This document shows, piece by piece, positions 33,613 through 44,373 of a stretch of 64,000 bases of DNA (positions within the stretch are counted from its first letter, which is position 1; each line of letters starts with the position of its first letter). The notes below the pieces were generated by a model. That model searched no databases. It had not been told where the DNA came from and was given only the letters and a program-made list of their open reading frames with translations. A program made the translations under genes and the position numbers. The DNA lies in NCBI RefSeq assembly GCF_050320075.1, contig NZ_CP190018.1, one strand, 5' to 3'. Origin of the DNA: Escherichia coli. GTDB lineage: Bacteria > Pseudomonadota > Gammaproteobacteria > Enterobacterales > Enterobacteriaceae.

Positions 33613-33767
33613 TAACGTTTAACGGTAACGGTGTCCCGAAACACACCCGTTTCGGGACAATTTCCAAAGTCTGTTCACTGGCATTAGCAACGGAAAATAT
33701 TGTTCTGAATACGTTTCAGAACAAAACAGGTGCGGTTCCGACAGGAATACCGTTTTAGGGGGATAAT

Positions 33768-35303
33768 ATGGCTACATCAGTACAGACAGGTAAAGCTAAG
33801 CAGCTCACATTACTCGGATTTTTTGCCATAACGGCATCGATGGTAATGGCTGTTTATGAATACCCTACCTTCGCAACATCGGGCTTTTCATTAGTCTTCT
33901 TCCTGCTATTAGGCGGGATTTTATGGTTTATTCCCGTGGGACTTTGTGCTGCGGAAATGGCTACCGTCGACGGCTGGGAAGAAGGTGGTGTCTTCGCCTG
34001 GGTATCAAATACTCTGGGGCCGAGATGGGGATTTGCAGCGATCTCATTTGGCTATCTGCAAATCGCCATTGGTTTTATTCCGATGCTCTATTTCGTGTTA
34101 GGGGCACTCTCCTACATCCTGAAATGGCCAGCGCTGAATGAAGACCCCATTACCAAAACTATTGCAGCACTCATCATTCTTTGGGCGCTGGCATTAACGC
34201 AGTTTGGTGGCACGAAATACACGGCGCGAATTGCTAAAGTTGGCTTCTTCGCCGGTATCCTGTTACCTGCATTTATTTTGATCGCATTAGCGGCTATTTA
34301 TCTGCACTCCGGTGCCCCCGTTGCTATCGAAATGGATTCGAAGACCTTCTTCCCTGACTTCTCTAAAGTGGGCACCCTGGTTGTATTTGTTGCCTTCATT
34401 TTGAGTTATATGGGGGTAGAAGCATCTGCAACCCACGTCAATGAAATGAGCAACCCAGGGCGCGACTATCCGTTGGCTATGTTATTGCTGATGGTGGCGG
34501 CAATCTGCTTAAGCTCTGTTGGCGGTTTGTCTATTGCGATGGTCATTCCGGGTAATGAAATCAACCTCTCCGCAGGGGTAATGCAAACCTTTACCGTTCT
34601 GATGTCCCATGTGGCACCGGAAATTGAGTGGACGGTTCGCGTGATCTCCGCACTGCTGTTGCTGGGTGTTCTGGCGGAAATCGCTTCCTGGATTGTTGGT
34701 CCTTCTCGCGGGATGTATGTCACAGCGCAGAAAAACCTGCTGCCAGCAGCATTCGCTAAAATGAACAAAAATGGCGTACCGGTAACGCTGGTCATTTCGC
34801 AGCTGGTGATTACTTCTATCGCGTTGATCATCCTCACCAATACCGGTGGCGGTAACAACATGTCCTTCCTGATCGCACTGGCGCTGACGGTGGTGATTTA
34901 TCTGTGTGCTTATTTCATGCTGTTTATTGGCTACATTGTGTTGGTTCTTAAACATCCTGACTTAAAACGCACATTTAATATCCCTGGTGGTAAAGGGGTG
35001 AAACTGGTCGTGGCTGTTGTCGGTCTGCTGACTTCAATTATGGCGTTTATTGTTTCCTTCCTGCCGCCGGATAACATCCAGGGTGACTCTACCGATATGT
35101 ATGTTGAATTACTGGTCGTGAGTTTCCTGGTGGTACTTGCCCTGCCCTTTATTCTCTATGCTGTTCATGATCGTAAAGGCAAAGGGAATACCGGCGTCAC
35201 TCTGGAGCCAATCAACAGTCAGAACGCACCAAAAGGTCACTTCTTCCTGCACCCGCGTGCACGTTCACCACACTATATTGTGATGAATGACAAGAAACAC
35301 TAA
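33768..35303 (+). CDS. gadC: Glutamate:GABA antiporter
   Basis: 511 aa, APC-family polytopic membrane protein immediately downstream of gadB. Confidence 0.95.
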   Translation: MATSVQTGKAKQLTLLGFFAITASMVMAVYEYPTFATSGFSLVFFLLLGGILWFIPVGLCAAEMATVDGWEEGGVFAWVSNTLGPRWGFAAISFGYLQIAIGFIPMLYFVLGALSYILKWPALNEDPITKTIAALIILWALALTQFGGTKYTARIAKVGFFAGILLPAFILIALAAIYLHSGAPVAIEMDSKTFFPDFSKVGTLVVFVAFILSYMGVEASATHVNEMSNPGRDYPLAMLLLMVAAICLSSVGGLSIAMVIPGNEINLSAGVMQTFTVLMSHVAPEIEWTVRVISALLLLGVLAEIASWIVGPSRGMYVTAQKNLLPAAFAKMNKNGVPVTLVISQLVITSIALIILTNTGGGNNMSFLIALALTVVIYLCAYFMLFIGYIVLVLKHPDLKRTFNIPGGKGVKLVVAVVGLLTSIMAFIVSFLPPDNIQGDSTDMYVELLVVSFLVVLALPFILYAVHDRKGKGNTGVTLEPINSQNAPKGHFFLHPRARSPHYIVMNDKKH

Positions 35304-35433
35304 CCATGTCTGAATGGTTATAAGATAAGGGAGCGATAATTCATCGCTCCCTTTTTCGTGCTTGCTGTCGTATTGACTTAACCGGGATAAGTACGAGAAT
35401 GAGCGCACATCTGTTTACCGGAAACCAGCACAT

Positions 35434-36753
35434 ATGGATATCTGCTCCCGAAACGAGAAATTAGCGATTAGAAGACCAGCGATACTGGTTGCACTGGCAC
35501 TTTTACTGTGTAGTTGTAAAAGCACGCCTCCAGAGTCCATGGTGACACCACCAGCGGGTTCAAAGCCACCAGCCACGACGCAACAATCGTCACAACCGAT
35601 GCGTGGCATCTGGCTGGCTACGGTGTCTCGCCTCGACTGGCCACCGGTTTCCTCGGTTAACATTAGTAACCCCACCAGCCGGGCCCGTGTACAACAACAG
35701 GCGATGATCGACAAACTGGATCATCTGCAACGTCTCGGCATAAACACGGTCTTTTTCCAGGTCAAGCCGGACGGTACCGCCCTGTGGCCATCAAAAATTT
35801 TGCCGTGGTCCGATCTTATGACCGGAAAGATTGGTGAAAATCCAGGTTACGATCCGCTGCAATTTATGCTCGACGAAGCCCACAAGCGTGGGATGAAAGT
35901 ACACGCCTGGTTTAACCCCTATCGCGTATCGGTTAATACGAAGCCCGGTACTATCAGGGAACTGAATAGCACTCTGTCTCAACAACCAGCGAGCGTCTAT
36001 GTGCAACACCGCGACTGGATCAGAACGTCCGGCGATCGCTTTGTCCTCGACCCGGGCATCCCTGAAGTTCAGGACTGGATCACATCAATAGTCGCGGAAG
36101 TGGTTTCCCGCTATCCGGTAGATGGCGTGCAGTTTGACGACTATTTCTATACTGAGTCACCAGCTTCACGGCTAAATGATAACGAAACGTACCGCAAATA
36201 CGGAGGCGCATTTGCGTCAAAAGCAGACTGGCGGCGCAACAATACTCAGCAGTTAATTGCGAAGGTATCGCACACCATTAAAAGCATTAAGCCGGAAGTC
36301 GAATTTGGCGTTAGCCCGGCAGGCGTGTGGCGTAACCGATCACACGATCCGCTCGGTTCCGATACCCGAGGCGCGGCAGCCTATGACGAATCCTACGCTG
36401 ACACCCGTCGATGGGTGGAACAAGGATTGCTGGATTACATTGCTCCCCAAATTTACTGGCCGTTCTCACGGAGTGCCGCACGTTATGACGTTTTGGCAAA
36501 ATGGTGGGCAGATGTCGTTAAACCGACCAGGACCCGCCTGTATATCGGTATCGCCTTCTATAAAGTGGGTGAACCTTCAAAGATAGAGCCAGACTGGATG
36601 ATTAACGGCGGCGTACCGGAACTGAAAAAACAGCTCGATCTTAACGATGCCGTGCCAGAAATTAGCGGCACAATCTTGTTCCGTGAGGACTATCTGAATA
36701 AACCGCAGACTCAACAAGCGGTTAGCTATCTGCAAAGTCGTTGGGGCAGTTAA
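35434..36753 (+). CDS. yddW: Lipoprotein, glycoside-hydrolase-like
   Basis: 439 aa; lipobox LLCSC near N-terminus; synteny with gadC. Confidence 0.8.
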   Translation: MDICSRNEKLAIRRPAILVALALLLCSCKSTPPESMVTPPAGSKPPATTQQSSQPMRGIWLATVSRLDWPPVSSVNISNPTSRARVQQQAMIDKLDHLQRLGINTVFFQVKPDGTALWPSKILPWSDLMTGKIGENPGYDPLQFMLDEAHKRGMKVHAWFNPYRVSVNTKPGTIRELNSTLSQQPASVYVQHRDWIRTSGDRFVLDPGIPEVQDWITSIVAEVVSRYPVDGVQFDDYFYTESPASRLNDNETYRKYGGAFASKADWRRNNTQQLIAKVSHTIKSIKPEVEFGVSPAGVWRNRSHDPLGSDTRGAAAYDESYADTRRWVEQGLLDYIAPQIYWPFSRSAARYDVLAKWWADVVKPTRTRLYIGIAFYKVGEPSKIEPDWMINGGVPELKKQLDLNDAVPEISGTILFREDYLNKPQTQQAVSYLQSRWGS

Positions 36754-37129
36754 ACTCCCATTCATACTTTGTGACAAGCCGGTGGTTTACCCACCGGCTT
36801 GCTACCCTCTTGAAATATCCCACTAGTAATCATGCTTACTTAAGTCAAATTAACTACGCAATTAACCACACTTAGTTAAACAGTCATAAATCCCCTAATA
36901 AAAATGTATGAACATGAAAAAACATACGATATTCGCTGTCACCGAAAAATAATTACGATGGGCTATACTCTTCTGAAGAACAGTAGCGTAGATTGAAACT
37001 GTCCTAAGTCGCTTATTTCTTTTCAGTATATCTTCATATTTCAGGAGAATATGGTGCAGTTAGTCGATCTCGCACGTTGCGTTTCGTTTTGATTCCGTCT
37101 GCTTTCCCAGCCTTATAAGGGTGTGAATT

Positions 37130-37467
37130 ATGGAGATGTATTTTAAAAGAATGAAAGATGAGTGGACCGGGCTTGTCGAACAAGCAGATCCGCTCATTCG
37201 TGCTAAAGCCGCGGAAATTGCCGTTGCGCATGCCCATTATCTGAGTATTGAGTTTTACCGAATTGTCCGTATCGACCCGCATGCCGAAGAATTCTTGAGT
37301 AATGAACAAGTTGAGCGGCAGTTGAAAAGTGCGATGGAACGCTGGATTATTAACGTGCTTTCTGCCCAGGTGGACGATGTCGAAAGGCTAATACAAATCC
37401 AGCATACCGTTGCGGAAGTGCATGCCCGCATAGGAATTCCGGTAGAAATTGTCGAGATGGGGTTTCG
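37130..37467 (+). pseudogene. dosC: dosC (diguanylate cyclase DosC/YddV) N-terminal globin-domain fragment truncated by IS1
   Basis: Product starts MEMYFKRMKDEWTGLVEQ and runs into the IS1 end at 37468 after about 113 codons. Confidence 0.8.
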
Positions 37468-38235
37468 GGTGATGCTGCCAACTTACTGATTTAGTGTATG
37501 ATGGTGTTTTTGAGGTGCTCCAGTGGCTTCTGTTTCTATCAGCTGTCCCTCCTGTTCAGCTACTGACGGGGTGGTGCGTAACGGCAAAAGCACCGCCGGA
37601 CATCAGCGCTATCTCTGCTCTCACTGCCGTAAAACATGGCAACTGCAGTTCACTTACACCGCTTCTCAACCCGGTACGCACCAGAAAATCATTGATATGG
37701 CCATGAATGGCGTTGGATGCCGGGCAACCGCCCGCATTATGGGCGTTGGCCTCAACACGATTTTCCGCCATTTAAAAAACTCAGGCCGCAGTCGGTAACC
37801 TCGCGCATACAGCCGGGCAGTGACGTCATCGTCTGCGCGGAAATGGACGAACAGTGGGGATACGTCGGGGCTAAATCGCGCCAGCGCTGGCTGTTTTACG
37901 CGTATGACAGGCTCCGGAAGACGGTTGTTGCGCACGTATTCGGTGAACGCACTCTGGCCACACTGGAGCGTCTTCTAAGCCTGCTGTCGGCCTTTGAGGT
38001 CGTGGTATGGATGACGGATGGCTGGCCGCTGTATGAATCCCGCCTGAAGGGAAAGCTGCACGTAATCAGCAAGCGTTACACTCAGCGAATTGAGCGGCAT
38101 AACCTGAATCTGAGACAACATCTGGCAAGGCTGGGACGGAAGTCACTGTCGTTCTCAAAATCGGTGGAGCTGCATGACAAGGTCATCGGGCATTATCTGA
38201 ACATAAAACACTATCAGTAAGTTGGAGTCATTACC
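37468..38235 (+). mobile_element. insAB: IS1 copy 2 (768 bp), insA 37523..37798 and insB 37717..38220 on plus strand
   Basis: Both terminal repeats read directly; A6C frameshift motif TTTAAAAAAC at about 37773; InsA/InsB identical to copy 1; no target duplication. Confidence 0.95.
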
Positions 38236-38430
38236 GAAAATTCAACAGCAGAACCCGCTCTGGTTAATGCCATTGAGCAAGGCCTTCGGGCAGAGCACGG
38301 TGTTGTCACTGAAGATGACATTCTCATGGAGCTGACCAAATGGGTGGAAGCTTCTGATAACGACATCCTCAGTGATATCTACCAGCAAACGATCAATTAT
38401 GTGGTCAGTGGCCAGCACCCTACGCTTTAA
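38236..38430 (+). pseudogene. bdm: bdm (biofilm-dependent modulation protein) C-terminal fragment
   Basis: Frame reading ...ENSTAEPALVNAIEQGLRAEHGVV...QHPTL-stop begins right at the IS1 boundary; N-terminus absent. Confidence 0.7.
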
Positions 38431-38531
38431 GGTGCTATGCTTGATCGGCAACCTAATTTAGGGGTTTAGCACGTGTTTCTTCGCTACGGCGATGTTGTCC
38501 TTAAAACTAGCAACAGGATTGAGGAGTTAAA

Positions 38532-38669
38532 ATGAAATCGAACCGTCAGGCACGTCATATTCTTGGACTGGACCATAAAATTTCTAACCAGCGCAAAATA
38601 GTTACCGAAGGTGACAAATCCAGCGTGGTAAATAACCCAACCGGCAGAAAACGCCCCGCTGAAAAGTAA
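38532..38669 (+). CDS. sra: Stationary-phase ribosome-associated protein Sra (45 aa)
   Basis: ATG at 38532 preceded by GAGGAG; translation [45 protein letters not shown]; below the ORF-track length cutoff. Confidence 0.85.
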
Positions 38670-38825
38670 TTCATAACCATCAGTCCTCAATGACGATTAA
38701 ACACCATTGCCTGCGCAATGGTGTTTTTGTTTTTATCTGCTTTATACTTGGGGCCGACGCCCTGGCGGTAAAGCAAAGACGATAAAAGCGTGCCAGGGTT
38801 GGATATTCAAAAAAGAGTGAGTGAC

Positions 38826-40523
38826 ATGGAACCAAAAACAAAAAAACAGCGTTCGCTTTATATTCCTTACGCTGGCCCTGTACTGCTGGAATTTCCGTTG
38901 TTGAATAAAGGCAGTGCCTTCAGCATGGAAGAACGCCGTAACTTCAACCTGCTGGGGTTACTGCCGGAAGTGGTCGAAACCATCGAAGAGCAAGCGGAAC
39001 GAGCATGGATCCAGTATCAGGGATTCAAAACCGAAATCGACAAACACATCTACCTGCGTAACATCCAGGACACTAACGAAACCCTCTTCTACCGTCTGGT
39101 AAACAATCATCTTGATGAGATGATGCCTGTTATTTATACCCCAACCGTTGGCGCAGCCTGTGAGCGTTTTTCTGAGATCTACCGCCGTTCACGCGGCGTG
39201 TTTATCTCTTACCAGAACCGCCACAATATGGACGATATTCTGCAAAACGTGCCGAACCATAATATTAAAGTGATTGTGGTGACTGACGGCGAACGTATTC
39301 TGGGGCTTGGTGACCAGGGCATCGGCGGGATGGGCATTCCGATCGGTAAACTGTCGCTCTATACCGCTTGTGGCGGCATCAGCCCAGCGTATACCCTTCC
39401 GGTGGTGCTGGATGTCGGGACGAATAACCAACAGCTGCTTAACGATCCGCTGTATATGGGCTGGCGTAATCCGCGTATCACTGACGACGAATACTATGAA
39501 TTCGTTGATGAATTTATCCAGGCTGTGAAACAACGCTGGCCGGACGTACTGTTGCAGTTTGAAGACTTCGCACAAAAAAATGCGATGCCGTTACTTAACC
39601 GCTATCGCAATGAAATTTGTTCTTTTAACGATGACATTCAGGGCACCGCGGCGGTAACGGTCGGCACACTGATCGCAGCCAGCCGCGCGGCAGGTGGTCA
39701 GTTAAGCGAGAAAAAAATCGTCTTCCTTGGCGCAGGTTCAGCGGGATGCGGCATTGCCGAAATGATCATTGCCCAGACTCAGCGCGAAGGATTAAGCGAG
39801 GAAACGGCGCGGCAGAAAGTCTTTATGGTCGATCGCTTTGGCCTGCTGACCGACAAGATGCCGAACCTGCTGCCTTTCCAGACCAAACTGGTGCAGAAAC
39901 GCGAAAACCTCAGTGACTGGGATACCGACAGCGATGTGCTGTCACTGCTGGATGTGGTGCGTAATGTAAAACCAGATATTCTGATTGGCGTCTCAGGACA
40001 GACCGGGCTGTTTACGGAAGAGATCATCCGTGAGATGCATAAACACTGTCCGCGTCCGATCGTGATGCCGTTGTCTAACCCGACTTCACGCGTGGAAGCC
40101 ACACCGCAGGACATTATCGCCTGGACTGAAGGTAACGCGCTGGTCGCCACTGGCAGTCCGTTTAACCCAGTGGTATGGAAAGATAAAATCTACCCTATCG
40201 CCCAGTGTAACAACGCCTTTATTTTCCCGGGCATCGGGCTGGGCGTTATTGCTTCCGGCGCGTCACGTATCACCGATGAGATGCTGATGTCGGCAAGTGA
40301 AACGCTTGCTCAGTATTCGCCACTGGTGCTGAACGGCGAAGGTCTGGTACTGCCGGAACTGAAAGATATTCAGAAAGTCTCCCGCGCAATTGCCTTTGCG
40401 GTTGGCAAAATGGCGCAGCAGCAAGGCGTGGCGGTGAAAACCTCCGCCGAAGCTCTGCAACAGGCCATTGATGATAATTTCTGGCAAGCCGAATACCGCG
40501 ACTACCGCCGTACCTCCATCTAA
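38826..40523 (+). CDS. maeA: NAD-dependent malic enzyme
   Basis: 565 aa from [17 protein letters not shown]; malic-enzyme motifs. Confidence 0.95.
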   Translation: MEPKTKKQRSLYIPYAGPVLLEFPLLNKGSAFSMEERRNFNLLGLLPEVVETIEEQAERAWIQYQGFKTEIDKHIYLRNIQDTNETLFYRLVNNHLDEMMPVIYTPTVGAACERFSEIYRRSRGVFISYQNRHNMDDILQNVPNHNIKVIVVTDGERILGLGDQGIGGMGIPIGKLSLYTACGGISPAYTLPVVLDVGTNNQQLLNDPLYMGWRNPRITDDEYYEFVDEFIQAVKQRWPDVLLQFEDFAQKNAMPLLNRYRNEICSFNDDIQGTAAVTVGTLIAASRAAGGQLSEKKIVFLGAGSAGCGIAEMIIAQTQREGLSEETARQKVFMVDRFGLLTDKMPNLLPFQTKLVQKRENLSDWDTDSDVLSLLDVVRNVKPDILIGVSGQTGLFTEEIIREMHKHCPRPIVMPLSNPTSRVEATPQDIIAWTEGNALVATGSPFNPVVWKDKIYPIAQCNNAFIFPGIGLGVIASGASRITDEMLMSASETLAQYSPLVLNGEGLVLPELKDIQKVSRAIAFAVGKMAQQQGVAVKTSAEALQQAIDDNFWQAEYRDYRRTSI

Positions 40524-40526
40524 GCC

Positions 40527-40556
40527 TGCGCCCGGTAGTCAAGGCTACCGGGCAAT
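40527..40556 (+). terminator. Stem-loop after maeA (cccggtag...ctaccggg)
   Basis: Inverted repeat read directly after the stop codon. Confidence 0.5.
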
Positions 40557-40656
40557 TTCCCTCTCCCTTTTTCAGATCTCATCCATACTGGGTAGTGGCG
40601 AATAAATCTCATTTGCCTCACCTGCTATGCAGAACATCATCCGAAAAGGAGGAACT

Positions 40657-41667
40657 ATGAAGGCTGCAGTTGTTACGAAGGATCATCATGTTGACGTTAC
40701 GGATAAAACACTGCGCTCACTGAAACATGGCGAAGCCCTGCTGAAAATGGAGTGTTGTGGTGTATGTCATACCGATCTTCATGTGAAGAATGGCGATTTT
40801 GGTGACAAAACCGGCGTAATTCTGGGCCATGAAGGCATCGGTGTGGTGGCAGAAGTTGGCCCAGGTGTCACCTCATTAAAACCAGGCGATCGTGCCAGCG
40901 TGGCGTGGTTTTACGAAGGATGCGGTCATTGCGAATACTGTAACAGTGGTAACGAAACGCTCTGCCGTTCAGTTAAAAATGCCGGATACAGCGTTGATGG
41001 AGGGATGGCGGAAGAGTGCATCGTGGTCGCCGATTACGCGGTAAAAGTGCCAGATGGTCTGGACTCGGCGGCGGCCAGCAGCATTACCTGTGCGGGGGTC
41101 ACCACCTACAAAGCCGTTAAGCTGTCAAAAATTCGTCCAGGGCAGTGGATTGCTATCTACGGTCTTGGCGGTCTGGGTAACCTCGCCCTGCAATACGCGA
41201 AGAATGTCTTTAACGCCAAAGTGATCGCCATTGATGTCAATGATGAGCAGTTAAAACTGGCAACCGAAATGGGCGCAGATTTAGCGATTAACTCACGCAG
41301 CGAAGACGCCGCCAAAATTGTGCAGGAGAAAACTAGTGGCGCTCACGCTGCGGTGGTAACAGCGGTAGCTAAAGCTGCGTTTAACTCGGCAGTTGATGCT
41401 GTCCGTGCAGGTGGGCGTGTTGTGGCAGTCGGTCTGCCGCCGGAGTCTATGAGCCTGGATATCCCACGCCTTGTGCTGGATGGCATTGAAGTGGTCGGTT
41501 CTCTGGTCGGCACGCGCCAGGATCTAACCGAAGCCTTCCAGTTTGCCGCCGAAGGCAAAGTGGTGCCGAAAGTCGCCCTGCGTCCGTTAGCGGACATCAA
41601 CACCATCTTTACCGAGATGGAAGAAGGCAAAATCCGTGGCCGTATGGTGATTGATTTCCGCCGCTAA
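40657..41667 (+). CDS. adhP: Zn-dependent alcohol dehydrogenase
   Basis: 336 aa from [11 protein letters not shown]; zinc ligand motif GHEGIGVV and structural-zinc Cys cluster. Confidence 0.95.
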   Translation: MKAAVVTKDHHVDVTDKTLRSLKHGEALLKMECCGVCHTDLHVKNGDFGDKTGVILGHEGIGVVAEVGPGVTSLKPGDRASVAWFYEGCGHCEYCNSGNETLCRSVKNAGYSVDGGMAEECIVVADYAVKVPDGLDSAAASSITCAGVTTYKAVKLSKIRPGQWIAIYGLGGLGNLALQYAKNVFNAKVIAIDVNDEQLKLATEMGADLAINSRSEDAAKIVQEKTSGAHAAVVTAVAKAAFNSAVDAVRAGGRVVAVGLPPESMSLDIPRLVLDGIEVVGSLVGTRQDLTEAFQFAAEGKVVPKVALRPLADINTIFTEMEEGKIRGRMVIDFRR

Positions 41668-41783
41668 GAGGCCTTTGCTGCGACTGCCATGTTCGGGTCG
41701 CAGCATCGCACACTCTCCAACATGAAATGGCTAAATGGATTATTGTTGCGTAGGAAGGAACGCTACTGAGAGTAAAGACACTA

Positions 41784-42068
41784 ATGAAAATGGCCAATCA
41801 TCCCCGCCCGGGGGACATTATTCAGGAATCACTGGACGAACTTAATGTCAGCCTGCGCGAGTTTGCCAGAGCAATGGAAATTGCGCCCTCAACGGCAAGC
41901 CGATTGCTGACCGGAAAAGCAGCTTTGACACCAGAAATGGCGATTAAACTTTCCGTGGTGATCGGCAGTTCGCCGCAAATGTGGCTGAATCTGCAAAACG
42001 CCTGGAGTCTGGCAGAGGCAGAAAAAACGGTGGATGTGTCGCGATTACGCCGTCTGGTTACGCAATAA
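41784..42068 (+). CDS. yddM: HigA/Xre-like HTH antitoxin-type regulator
   Basis: 94 aa with [24 protein letters not shown]; no cognate toxin ORF adjacent. Confidence 0.75.
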
Positions 42069-42073
42069 TAAAT

Positions 42074-42100
42074 ATCCTCCGGCATAGCCGGAGGTTTTTC
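42074..42100 (+). terminator. Rho-independent terminator after yddM (cctccggc ata gccggagg TTTTT)
   Basis: GC stem followed by T-run, read directly. Confidence 0.7.
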
Positions 42101-42815
42101 AAATGCGCCTGTAAGGCTCTGTTACCAGCCGCGCCCTAACAGGCGCATACGATCTGACATTTGCATTCAACTTCGTTACTTACGGCCCGTAAACGGGCTG
42201 CCCGGATATGGAATCGATAACTGCTCCCCCATTTTATCCTCTTCAAGCTGGTGCTTTATGTAGTCCTGTATCTTCGCCGTGTTCTTACCCACCGTATCGA
42301 CATAGTACCCTCGGCACCAGAACTCCCTGTTTCTGTATTTGAATTTCAAATCCCCAAACTGCTCGTAAAGCATCAGACTGCTTTTCCCTTTCAGATATCC
42401 CATAAAGCCGGATACGCTCATTTTGGGTGGGATTTCCACAAGCATATGGATATGATCTGCGCAGCACTCTGCTTCCAGAATCCGTACGCTTTTCCACTCA
42501 CACAGCTTTCTCAAAATACTGCCTATCGCCCTACGCTTCTCTCCGTAAAACGCCAGTCTTCGGTATTTCGGCGCAAAAACTATGTGATATTTACAGTTCC
42601 AGCGGGTGTGCGCTAAGCTCTTTTCGTCCCCCATTGGGACCCCCTTTTGATTTCTTGTTTGACACTTGCAGTTGCCAGACCGCAAGGTGTTTTAACAAAT
42701 CAAAAGGGGTTTTAATAACTGGCTCAAAGCTGAAAGCTTTCCGGAACCCCCAGCCTAGCTGGGGGTTTTCTGTGCACAAAAAAAATGGCGCTTCTTAAAG
42801 CGCCATTTTCAGCTT
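42100..42815 (-). mobile_element. tnpA: IS200-like element (IS200/IS605 family) with Y1 transposase tnpA 42176..42634
   Basis: TnpA starting MGDEKSLAHTRWNCKYHIVFAPKYRR with HIHMLVEIPPK (HUH) motif; element boundaries approximate, set by the flanking terminators. Confidence 0.8.
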
Positions 42816-42830
42816 AAAGTTCAAAAGAGA

Positions 42831-43484
42831 TTATATCCCTTCTTCACTCTCTTTTTTCGCTTCTGCCTTCTCGATTTCACGATACCAGCGCGGATGGTGT
42901 TTCTTCGCCCAGCGACGGCTCACCTTTCCTTCGATCATCCCTTTAATCGATCCTTTCACCCAGAATGCCATATACATATGGATCAGGATGGCGTGGATCA
43001 GGATGATACCCGCAGCCGCGTGGATCAGCAGGCTATAACGGACAACCTGTATCGGGAAGTACTGCGCAAAGTACGGACGCCAGATAATCACCCCGGTCAC
43101 CAGCAGCACGAAAATCATGCTCATGATCGACCAGAACATCATCTTTTGCCCGGCGTTGTACTTACCGACATCCGCCACTTTGTGCTCATTGCCTTTTAAT
43201 ACTTCGACAATGTTCAACAGCCACGGAATATCTTTCTTATCCGGGATGTTGTGATGCACAAAACGCACAAACATAAACATCAGCGCGACGAAAATCGCAA
43301 TGCCGAAGAACGGGTGCAAAATGCGTCCCATCTGCGGCGTACCGAAGGTTTGCGTCAGCCATTGCAGCGTCGGGAAGAAGAACGAAATCCCGGACAGCGC
43401 CACCAGGAAGAAGCAAATCACCACGGTCCAGTGACAGGCGCGATCAATAAATTTGGTGCGCACAATCATTTTCGACTTACTCAT
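42831..43484 (-). CDS. fdnI: Formate dehydrogenase-N gamma (cytochrome b) subunit
   Basis: 217 aa from [19 protein letters not shown]. Confidence 0.95.
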   Translation of the reverse strand: MSKSKMIVRTKFIDRACHWTVVICFFLVALSGISFFFPTLQWLTQTFGTPQMGRILHPFFGIAIFVALMFMFVRFVHHNIPDKKDIPWLLNIVEVLKGNEHKVADVGKYNAGQKMMFWSIMSMIFVLLVTGVIIWRPYFAQYFPIQVVRYSLLIHAAAGIILIHAILIHMYMAFWVKGSIKGMIEGKVSRRWAKKHHPRWYREIEKAEAKKESEEGI

Positions 43485-44361
43485 GATGATCCTCCTCGTC
43501 ATCGTCCACTTCCTTATTCGGGCCAATACCGATGTAGTGGAAAATCAACCCGGCAAAAGTGGCAATAAAGCCAGCCGCTGCCAGCGGTTTCAGCGCGCCT
43601 TTCCACAGGCTTACCGAGGTGTCGATCTTCGGATCTTTCGGCAGACCGTGATACAGCTCCGGCTGATCGGCGTGATGCAGCACGTACATAACGTGCGTAC
43701 CACCGACCCCTTCCGGATTGTAGACGCCAGCATGTTCGTAACCACGCGCTTTCAGTTTCGCCACGCGCTGTTCCGCCAGCTCCAGCATCTCCTTCTTGGT
43801 GCCGAAGTGGATAGCCCCGGTCGGACAGGTTTTCACACAAGCCGGTTCCTGGCCGACGCTGACGCGATCGACGCAGAGCGTGCATTTATATACCCGGTTA
43901 TCCTCTTTGTTGAGGCGCGGAATATTAAACGGACACCCGGCAATGCAGTAACCACAGCCGATGCAGTTTTCCGACTGGAAATCGACAATCCCGTTAGCGT
44001 ACTGAATGATTGCACCAGCAGACGGGCACGCCTTCAGGCAGCCCGGATCTTCACAGTGCATACAGCCGTCTTTACGGATCAGCCACTCCAGCTTGCCGTT
44101 CTGTTCGGTTTCGCTAAAGCGCATCACCGTCCAGGACTTGGCGCTCAGATCGGCGGGGTTATCGTAAACCCCGACGCAGTGCCCCACTTCATCACGGATG
44201 TCGTTCCACTCCGAACACGCCACCTGACAGGCTTTACAACCGATACAGGTGGAAACGTCGATAAGTTTCGCGACTTCTGCTTTGTAATCACGCACCTGAG
44301 AAGGCGGCGTGATGGAGTTAGTTGCGGACCTTTTGATAATGTCCTGCGTTTCCATAGCCAT
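43477..44361 (-). CDS. fdnH: Formate dehydrogenase-N beta (4Fe-4S) subunit
   Basis: 294 aa; multiple CxxCxxC ferredoxin motifs; overlaps fdnI start. Confidence 0.95.
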   Translation of the reverse strand: MAMETQDIIKRSATNSITPPSQVRDYKAEVAKLIDVSTCIGCKACQVACSEWNDIRDEVGHCVGVYDNPADLSAKSWTVMRFSETEQNGKLEWLIRKDGCMHCEDPGCLKACPSAGAIIQYANGIVDFQSENCIGCGYCIAGCPFNIPRLNKEDNRVYKCTLCVDRVSVGQEPACVKTCPTGAIHFGTKKEMLELAEQRVAKLKARGYEHAGVYNPEGVGGTHVMYVLHHADQPELYHGLPKDPKIDTSVSLWKGALKPLAAAGFIATFAGLIFHYIGIGPNKEVDDDEEDHHE

Positions 44362-44373
44362 CTGTTCGCCCCC

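Noticed and set aside
15484-38235. Hypothesis that the segment between IS1 copies 1 and 2 is a simple IS1-mediated inversion
   Set aside because: For an inversion the 9-bp flanks should be reverse complements pairwise (left of copy 1 versus left of copy 2, and right versus right); they are not (ctggaacac versus ggggtttcg; caaaaatga versus gaaaattca). Gene content also indicates deletions at both copies.
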